Shown: piece after piece, positions 57,609 to 64,000 of the stretch
Layout: every line of letters starts with the position of its first letter
Position numbering within the stretch: the stretch's first letter is position 1
NCBI GenBank assembly: GCA_039028615.1
Contig: JBCCHT010000003.1
Coordinates: forward strand, 256,001 to 320,000
DNA length: 64,000 nucleotides
Reading direction: 5' to 3'
DNA from: Myxococcota bacterium
GTDB taxonomy: Bacteria > Myxococcota_A > Polyangia > Nannocystales > Nannocystaceae
Program-made: the position numbers and the translations under genes
Notes under the pieces: model-generated
Database searches by the model: none
What the model was told of the DNA's origin: nothing
Seen by the model: the letters and a program-made list of their open reading frames with translations, nothing else

Positions 57609-58901
57609 ATGCGCCTTGTTTCTATCCTTGGGGGGTCGTCGTTGCTGGCAGTGTCGGGGTGTTTCTCGCCCGACATGAGCAACATCGACGATGGCACGGG
57701 AGACTCGGGTTCCGACACCTCGGCGGGGTCGCAGGTCGGCGACGCCACCGAAGCTGCCGATGAGGCCTCGGGCACGGGCTCCGGTTCGGGGGCGGACTCG
57801 GAGTCGGGCAGCGAGTGCCCGGCCGAGCCAGAGTGCGCCATCGGGGACCCATCGACGTGTGAAGAGGGGGTCTCGGTCGCGTGCGTCGAGGATGCCGAGG
57901 GGTGTCCGCGAGTGGAGACGACGGACTGCCCCACGGGCGAGTGCGACGGCGACGTGTGTGCGGGAGCCTCGGGAGGCTGTGGCGACGGCGTGGTCGATGA
58001 CGGAGAGGACTGCGACGACGCCAACCGAGACGCGGGCGATGGGTGCTCCGGTACCTGCACCGTCGAGGATGGTTGGACGTGCATGGGCGAGCCCAGCAAC
58101 TGCGGCGCCCCCGACCTCACGGTGCGGATCACTGGCGTCGAAGAGGTCGGCAACTCGCTCCAGGTGTCCTATACCGTGCGCAACGTGGGGAGCGGTCCCT
58201 CGGGCCCCTATCGCCTCGATTTGTGGCCGCAGCGGCCCGACAACGACTGGAGCGCGCCACCCTCGTTCGGTGAGTCGGGGACGGTGACCTTGGTCGACCA
58301 GCCGAGCCTGCTGCCGGGCGAGTCCGACTCGGGGCAGGAGAGCTTCATGGGCATCGCGAACAACGCCACCGGGGCCGCGTTCGCGGTGGTCGACTCGGGG
58401 GAGACGATCTTCGAGCTCGACGAGAACAACAACTTCAGCCTCGGCAGCGGCTGGAGCCGCAACGGCGGCGTGAATGCGCGGAGCTTCACGCTGACGGGCG
58501 AGCCCGTGACCCTCATGCCGGGTCAGGCGGTCACCTCCAACATCGACATCACCTACAACGAGCTGTCGTTCATCACGTACATCATCGGGGTCAACGCCAC
58601 GCACCCCGACGTCTCGGGCATCGAGCTGTCGGTCATGTCTCCCAGCTCGGCGAGCCGGGTGCTGGTCGACGGTGGACTGGCGGGAGAGAACCTCCAGAGC
58701 ACGACCTTCTCCGACTTCGGGGGCGCCGGGCCCATCGTCAGCGGCTTCGCGCCTTACTCCGGGCAGTTCGACGCCGCGGAAGACTGGGTGGGAGGCCCCT
58801 CCGCCGACGGTACCTGGCAGCTGCAGATCACCAACAACTCCGACGAGCCGGGGCGGCTCAACGAGTGGAACGTGACGGTGTGGGAAATCTTTCCGCAGTA
58901 G
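57609..58901 (+). CDS. Lipoprotein with myxococcal Cys-rich repeat, CARDB and proprotein-convertase P-like domains
   Basis: VSGC lipobox; CGDGVVDDGEDCDD; YTVRNVG...ELDENNN; GTWQLQI....G.LNEW. Confidence 0.85.
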   Translation: MRLVSILGGSSLLAVSGCFSPDMSNIDDGTGDSGSDTSAGSQVGDATEAADEASGTGSGSGADSESGSECPAEPECAIGDPSTCEEGVSVACVEDAEGCPRVETTDCPTGECDGDVCAGASGGCGDGVVDDGEDCDDANRDAGDGCSGTCTVEDGWTCMGEPSNCGAPDLTVRITGVEEVGNSLQVSYTVRNVGSGPSGPYRLDLWPQRPDNDWSAPPSFGESGTVTLVDQPSLLPGESDSGQESFMGIANNATGAAFAVVDSGETIFELDENNNFSLGSGWSRNGGVNARSFTLTGEPVTLMPGQAVTSNIDITYNELSFITYIIGVNATHPDVSGIELSVMSPSSASRVLVDGGLAGENLQSTTFSDFGGAGPIVSGFAPYSGQFDAAEDWVGGPSADGTWQLQITNNSDEPGRLNEWNVTVWEIFPQ

Positions 58902-58920
58902 CACGTCTGCGCACTCCGTA

Positions 58921-58967
58921 GAAAAAGAAGAACGCCTCCCCGCTGCGGCCGGGAGGCGTTCTTTTTC
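58921..58967. terminator. Bidirectional intrinsic terminator
   Basis: AAAAAG-AAGAACGCCTCCC / GGGAGGCGTTCTT-TTT between convergent genes. Confidence 0.9.
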
Positions 58968-58982
58968 GTCTGGCGTGGCGGT

Positions 58983-59939
58983 TCAGCAGCCCATGTAGCG
59001 AGCCTTGTTGCCCCAGTCGTAGTTCGAGTCGCTGCTACCCCAGTTCCAGTTGGTCGAGGCGAACCAGCGGCGGCGCTGGCTGGAGCTGCCCGGGTACCAG
59101 GTCCACGTGGCGGCGCGCCATTGGTCCTCGCACCACGTGCCCAGGTAGTCCGTGCTCTCGCAGAAGTAGGTGTCCCAGACGATGGTCCAGGTGCCCGTGT
59201 TGCCGCACGACGAGTTCTGGGTGATGTAGTCCACCGAGCCCCACTGGAAGCCCTGCTGCTGGCAGTGGAAGGTGCGGTAGCGGTTCGTGCCGCTCTTGGC
59301 GTAGCTCACCTCGTTGGTGGTGCCGTAGACACACGAGCCGCTGTTGTAGATCCCGCCTTGGCCGCAGTAGTTGCTGCCCCAAGAGTTCGAGCAGTTCACC
59401 CACTCGGTGGGATCGTTCACGGCCGCGAGGTCGTTGATCTCGTCCATGATCCAGCCGCGCGTCACCGCCTGGACTTGCTCGGTCGCCAGCGCCCCCTCGC
59501 GGGCGACCAGGTGAGCCTGCTGAGCGATCAACCCCGCGGGCACTTCGACACCCTCATGGGTCAGACCCCAGAACAGCTCGAGCGGCGTGAGGTCGACATA
59601 CTCGGGCTTGGCCACCAGCACCGCCGCCGAGGGTCCGCCCTCGAGCACACCGACGCTCTCGTCGTCGTAGGTATAGAAGCGGACCGCGTTACCGCTCGGC
59701 AGCGGAATCTCGACCTCCGGGGTGTCCTCGACCACGCAGGTGCGGTCGCGTACGCACTCCGGTACGTCCTCGGCGGTGAAGTCGTCGGCGCCCGCGGGCA
59801 ATGCCACTGGCGGCTCGTCTACGTCGACGGGTTCGGTGAGCTCGCTGCGCTGCGCATCATCGAAGCTCTCGAGCTCCTCCACATCGCAACCGGCAGACAA
59901 CGACAACAGTGCCGCCGTTGCTCCGCATAGACCCGTCAC
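58983..59939 (-). CDS. Hypothetical lipoprotein with acidic N-region and W/Y/N/S/C-rich C-domain
   Basis: SAGC lipobox; start uncertain. Confidence 0.75.
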   Translation of the reverse strand: MTGLCGATAALLSLSAGCDVEELESFDDAQRSELTEPVDVDEPPVALPAGADDFTAEDVPECVRDRTCVVEDTPEVEIPLPSGNAVRFYTYDDESVGVLEGGPSAAVLVAKPEYVDLTPLELFWGLTHEGVEVPAGLIAQQAHLVAREGALATEQVQAVTRGWIMDEINDLAAVNDPTEWVNCSNSWGSNYCGQGGIYNSGSCVYGTTNEVSYAKSGTNRYRTFHCQQQGFQWGSVDYITQNSSCGNTGTWTIVWDTYFCESTDYLGTWCEDQWRAATWTWYPGSSSQRRRWFASTNWNWGSSDSNYDWGNKARYMGC

Positions 59940-60274
59940 CCTGACCCAATGATTGATGTCTTTACCGTGTCCCAACGTGTCGAACGTATAGGAGCACTTG
60001 CAGGGCAGCAAACGCGCGGATTGGCCCGTAGACTCCGTTCCGCGAGCCGCAACGGCAGTCGGAGAAGATCTCCACTCTCAGGGAATCTCTGATCGAGACA
60101 CTCGATGACAGTGACAGTTTCGATTCGTTGGTCGGACGGCTTACCGACGCGACATCAATGTGCGGTTCGACTGAAGACGCGCAGCAAAGTGGCAGAAAAG
60201 GGCGTCGAACGAGGTGCTCGGTTGGTTCGACTTTTCTCGGCCGCATGCGGTGGGCGTGCTCACGGCCACCTGCA

Positions 60275-61549
60275 CTAAAAACGCAGCCCCGCGGCGAAGC
60301 CCGGCCACCATCGCACCCGGACTCCGCTGTCGACGTACGCTTGCGAGCCCCAGCCGTAGCCGGGTCGAGCGACGGCGGACGAAGTCGAGTCGACGAGCAC
60401 GTTGAAGGTCGGGCCGCCCCAGATGGCAAAGCGCGGTCGTGGTTGCCACGAGACCATGGCGCGGGCCTTGGCCAGGCTGCCCACGGGCGGGGCCGCGCGC
60501 AGGCCCGAGGTCACCACCCAGGCCGAGAGGTCGCCGTCGATCGAAAACTGCTTGCTGACGGGGATGTGACCGCCGTAGCCCATGCCAGCCATCAGCGCGG
60601 TGCCGGGCCGCCGCGTGCCCGCTTCGACGTTGGTGCTCGGCGTCTGTCCGCGGCCCCAGGGATGGAGGCCTCCGGCGAAGAATGCATAGGTGTAGTTGGC
60701 GGGCAGGCGAATGCCGACGTTGATGGCCGCGGTGTCGCTGGTCCACACTTCCGGGTGCACGCCGCCCTTTTTGGTCACGGGCAGCAGCGCGAACGAGGCA
60801 TCGGCCTCCCCCGCGTAGTTGATGAGCCCGAACTGCACGCCGCGAATCTGCCCGCGACTGAGGTTGAGCAGGCCGAACTGGGCGCCGCGGGCCTGGTGCA
60901 CGTGGTTGATGGTGCCGGTCTGGATCCCGCGCAGGTCGTGGGCGTGGTTGTAGAACTGGGCGGCCTGGATCCCGCGGTGTTCGCCGTGCGTGAGGTTGGC
61001 GCCCAGGGCCCACGTGATGCCCTGCGCATCCTCGTCCACGATGGTCGCTCCCATGGCGACCGCCGCTCCCTCGAGGCGATCGACGCGTGACCACAGCAGC
61101 GATGCGCTGAGGGTGTTGCGGATCTTGCCGCCGCGGCGATTCGCTCCGTTGACGCTCAGCGAAGGCGTGACACCGATGTTGATCGGGACGTTCACGTACT
61201 CCGGCGTGGCCGGGGGGGCGGCGGTGGCCGACGGCGTGGGGGTCGGGATGATCGCGGTACGCGGGGGGGTGGATGTCTCGGTCGGCGTCGGGGCAGGCGT
61301 CGCTGCACTCTCGGCCGACGCTGCCGTGGTCGCATCCGAGCCGGGAGCGGGGGCTGTCGCCGCGGCGGGGACCGGAGCGGCCGCGGGAGCGGGGGTGGAC
61401 GCTGGTGCTGCGGTGGCCGCGGGTGCTGGCGCAGGCGCGGGAGCGGGCGCAACGCCGTCAGAACCGGGGGCAGGGGCAGCCAGCGCGGTCACGGGAGCGA
61501 GCATGCCCGCGGCGAGCAGGAGCGAGGGGAGAGGACGGACGAACGCCAT
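60275..61549 (-). CDS. Exported protein with LA_2272-like GxQxGxxN repeats and barrel-like C-terminus
   Basis: GIQAAQFYNHA, GIQTGTINHV, GAQFGLLNLS, GVQFGLINYA; ends WPGFAAGLRF. Confidence 0.8.
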   Translation of the reverse strand: MAFVRPLPSLLLAAGMLAPVTALAAPAPGSDGVAPAPAPAPAPAATAAPASTPAPAAAPVPAAATAPAPGSDATTAASAESAATPAPTPTETSTPPRTAIIPTPTPSATAAPPATPEYVNVPINIGVTPSLSVNGANRRGGKIRNTLSASLLWSRVDRLEGAAVAMGATIVDEDAQGITWALGANLTHGEHRGIQAAQFYNHAHDLRGIQTGTINHVHQARGAQFGLLNLSRGQIRGVQFGLINYAGEADASFALLPVTKKGGVHPEVWTSDTAAINVGIRLPANYTYAFFAGGLHPWGRGQTPSTNVEAGTRRPGTALMAGMGYGGHIPVSKQFSIDGDLSAWVVTSGLRAAPPVGSLAKARAMVSWQPRPRFAIWGGPTFNVLVDSTSSAVARPGYGWGSQAYVDSGVRVRWWPGFAAGLRF

Positions 61550-61811
61550 GGTCACCGGTCGAACACCGACGACGCCGCTGGGTGTCACCGTGCATTCGAC
61601 GCAAAACGACCACCGCCTGCTCGGGTGATCCGCGGCCCCCGCTGGGGGACCTCCACCACCATGGGGGACAACAAATCGCTAACGCGGGGGTCTCGGCCCA
61701 CGCTCATCGCCGTTCGAACCGCCTGCTCGAGGATCGCGGGTCCCACGTGGACTCCGCCGGGCTACGCGGTGATGCGCCGCGCTCCGAGCCCGGTCGGGCC
61801 GATCCCGGCGA

Positions 61812-63851
61812 TCAGCTCGGAGTTTCAAACAACACTTCCACCTCCGAGCCTTTATCCACGGGCCCGGGGGGGTGGCTTTGCATCACGGCGATTCCGGTCC
61901 CGCGCGGCTTCAGAGTTAGTTCCAACCGCTCCGCGACGTCCAGTGCCTCGACGAGGGTGAGCCCGGTGAGGTCGGGAAGCCCGGCGGTGACGCTGGGGCG
62001 GCGCTGCCCGGGGAGCCGCGGCTCGATGTCGGCGGTGGGGGTGAAGCCTTCGACGAGCTTGCTGTTGTCGGCCATGAGCCGGATGGGGTCCAGCGCGGGG
62101 CGGGTGCCGTCCTGCCGCTCGACGCCCAGGTGGGTCATGATGCGCGCGCCCAGCCGCGAGAAGGTGGGCGCGGCGACCTCGTTGCCGTAGTGCCCGCCCT
62201 GGGGGCTGTCGACGGAGACGAGGATGACCACTCGCGGGTCTCCAGAGGGCACGGCACCCACGAACGAGGCGAAGTAGTCGTGCTCGGCGTAGCCGCCCGA
62301 CTCGCGGTTGGCCTTCTGGGCGGTGGAGGTCTTGCCCGCCACCTGGTAGCCATCGATGGCCGCGTTGCGACCGGTGCCCTTGCGGGTGTGAACCACGCTC
62401 TCGAGCATCTCGATGACGGTGCGGGCGGTGGAGCGTCGGACCACGCGCTCGGGCTCGGAGCGGGGCATGTCGATGGGCTCACCGCTGGCGTCGATCACCT
62501 GTCGCACGATGGTGGGCGGGTGGTAGACGCCGCCGTTGGCGAGCACGGAGAAGGCCGCGGCCACCTGCAGCGGGCTGGCGGTCATGCCCTGGCCGAACGA
62601 GATGTTCGCGCCCTTGATGTCCGACCACTCTTCCCAGGGCAGCAAGATGCCCTTGGTGGCGCCGGGCAGCTCGATCTCCGGGCGCTGCCCGAAGTGAAAG
62701 CGGCGCGCCCACTTGTACATGTTCTCCTTGCGGAGGGTCTCGTAGATCTTGGTGGTGCAGATGTTCGACGATACGGCGAGGATCTCGGTGACGCTGAGCC
62801 ATTCCGAGCGCTTGGTGTCCTTGATCGCGTGCTCGTCGGTGTACTGCCACTTGCCGTTCTCGCAGAAGAAGCTCTGGTCCTTGCGGATGGTGCCCTGCTC
62901 GAGCGCGGCGGCCACGGTGATCGCCTTCATCGTCGAGCCGGGCTCGAAGTCGGCCTGCACCGCCTGGTTGACGGTCTGCGAGAGCGTGTCGATGCCGTGG
63001 TTGGGATCGAAGGTGGGGCGGCTGGTGACGGCGAGGACCTCGCCCGTGGCCGGGTTCATCACCACGATGGAGGCGCTGACCGGGGTCCAGTTCTCGACCA
63101 GGGTGTTGATCTCCTCCTCGGCCATGGCCTGGATGGCGGAGTCGATGGTGAGCACCACGGTGTTGCCCCGCGACACGCCCGGATCGGGGAAGCCCTCGAT
63201 GAGCAGCTTCTTGCCGCGGGCGAAGTAGGCGGGGCTCATGGCGTCGCGCCCCCGCAGGAACTGGTCGAGGCCGTACTCGATGCCGAGGTTGCCCTTGCCC
63301 TGGGCGTCGACGCGGCCGAGCACGTGCGATGCGAGCAGCTTGCGCGGGTAGACCCGCACGGGCACGGGCTCGAGGCTCACGCCCGGCAGCTGCTTGTCTC
63401 GCAGCGCCTGGCTCTGGGCGTCGTCGAGCACCATCCGCAGGCGCCGGTAGGCCTTGTCGCGGTGCAGCTCCTTTTGCAGGTACTCGACGTCCTCGTCCGG
63501 GAACAGCTCGAGCATGGCCGCGATGATCTCGTCTTCGTGACCCTGGGCGGTGATGAGCCGCGGGTTGAGCACGACCTTGTGCACGCGGTCGGTGACCGCC
63601 AGCGAGATGTAGCTGCGGTCGACGATGTCGCCGCGGCTGGCCTTGACCTTGTAGCTGCGCAGCTGCTGGCGGTTGCCTTGCTCCGCGTACTCGTCGTGGT
63701 GGGTCACGGCGACCGCCCACGAGCGCAGGCCCAGGCCGAACAAGCCCAGCATGAGGGCGCCCGCCACCAGCCAGCCGCGACGATGCACGGCCCGCAGATC
63801 GCTGGCCATCGGCCGCATCATGAGTTCTTGGGAGCGTCGCAGGAGGTTCAT
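61812..63851 (-). CDS. ftsI: Class B PBP (FtsI/PBP3) with PASTA domain
   Basis: RGDIVDR, RVYP, GIE, EPGSTMK, SSN, GKTSTAQK; C-terminal PASTA; ATGA overlap with ftsL. Confidence 0.92.
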   Translation of the reverse strand: MNLLRRSQELMMRPMASDLRAVHRRGWLVAGALMLGLFGLGLRSWAVAVTHHDEYAEQGNRQQLRSYKVKASRGDIVDRSYISLAVTDRVHKVVLNPRLITAQGHEDEIIAAMLELFPDEDVEYLQKELHRDKAYRRLRMVLDDAQSQALRDKQLPGVSLEPVPVRVYPRKLLASHVLGRVDAQGKGNLGIEYGLDQFLRGRDAMSPAYFARGKKLLIEGFPDPGVSRGNTVVLTIDSAIQAMAEEEINTLVENWTPVSASIVVMNPATGEVLAVTSRPTFDPNHGIDTLSQTVNQAVQADFEPGSTMKAITVAAALEQGTIRKDQSFFCENGKWQYTDEHAIKDTKRSEWLSVTEILAVSSNICTTKIYETLRKENMYKWARRFHFGQRPEIELPGATKGILLPWEEWSDIKGANISFGQGMTASPLQVAAAFSVLANGGVYHPPTIVRQVIDASGEPIDMPRSEPERVVRRSTARTVIEMLESVVHTRKGTGRNAAIDGYQVAGKTSTAQKANRESGGYAEHDYFASFVGAVPSGDPRVVILVSVDSPQGGHYGNEVAAPTFSRLGARIMTHLGVERQDGTRPALDPIRLMADNSKLVEGFTPTADIEPRLPGQRRPSVTAGLPDLTGLTLVEALDVAERLELTLKPRGTGIAVMQSHPPGPVDKGSEVEVLFETPS

Positions 63852-64000
63852 GGCTGGGTCTCCTCGAGGAGGCGAATGGGCTGCACGAGGTCGGGAGACA
63901 TCGGCACCATCTGGAGTCGGTTGCGGGCGACCTCACCGATATGGTTGGGGTGTCGCAGGTAGGCGCGCTCGGCCGCGAGTCGACGGCGCTCGTCGAGCAG
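63848..64000 (-). CDS. ftsL: Cell division protein FtsL, 3' part
   Basis: Hand translation LLDERRRLAAERAYLRHPNHIGEVARNRLQMVPMSPDLVQPIRLLEETQP*, directly upstream of ftsI. Confidence 0.8.
   Translation of the reverse strand: MLDERRRLAAERAYLRHPNHIGEVARNRLQMVPMSPDLVQPIRLLEETQP

Overview
This is very GC-rich bacterial chromosomal DNA. Its gene content (Cys-rich and S/T/G/D-tethered lipoproteins, ECF sigma modules, a giant gliding-type TPR protein) points to a myxobacterium, probably Nannocystaceae-like (inference). The main find is at 1984-2811. A sigma70-like promoter is followed by an unlisted 37-codon ORF (2032-2145) whose second half is packed with Ser and Tyr codons, then by mutually exclusive hairpins. 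After these comes a tight array of five long-variable-arm tRNA genes: all four Ser isoacceptors (GCT, GGA, TGA, CGA) and a tRNA-Tyr(GTA) with an archaeal/eukaryote-type C1:G72 pair. This layout suggests a back-up tRNA operon controlled by leader-peptide attenuation that senses the same tRNAs it encodes. The rest of the window holds a bacterial thaumatin-like lipoprotein, a WHIX-like M23 effector locus, two intact and one decayed barrel/ECF/anti-sigma/lipoprotein modules, and a 9-10 gene lipid operon resembling a split ether-lipid (elb) cluster. It also holds dinB, an alpha carbonic anhydrase, a small Cys-rich toxin-like protein, and ftsL-ftsI detached from murE. All calls come from reading motifs by eye; no searches were run.
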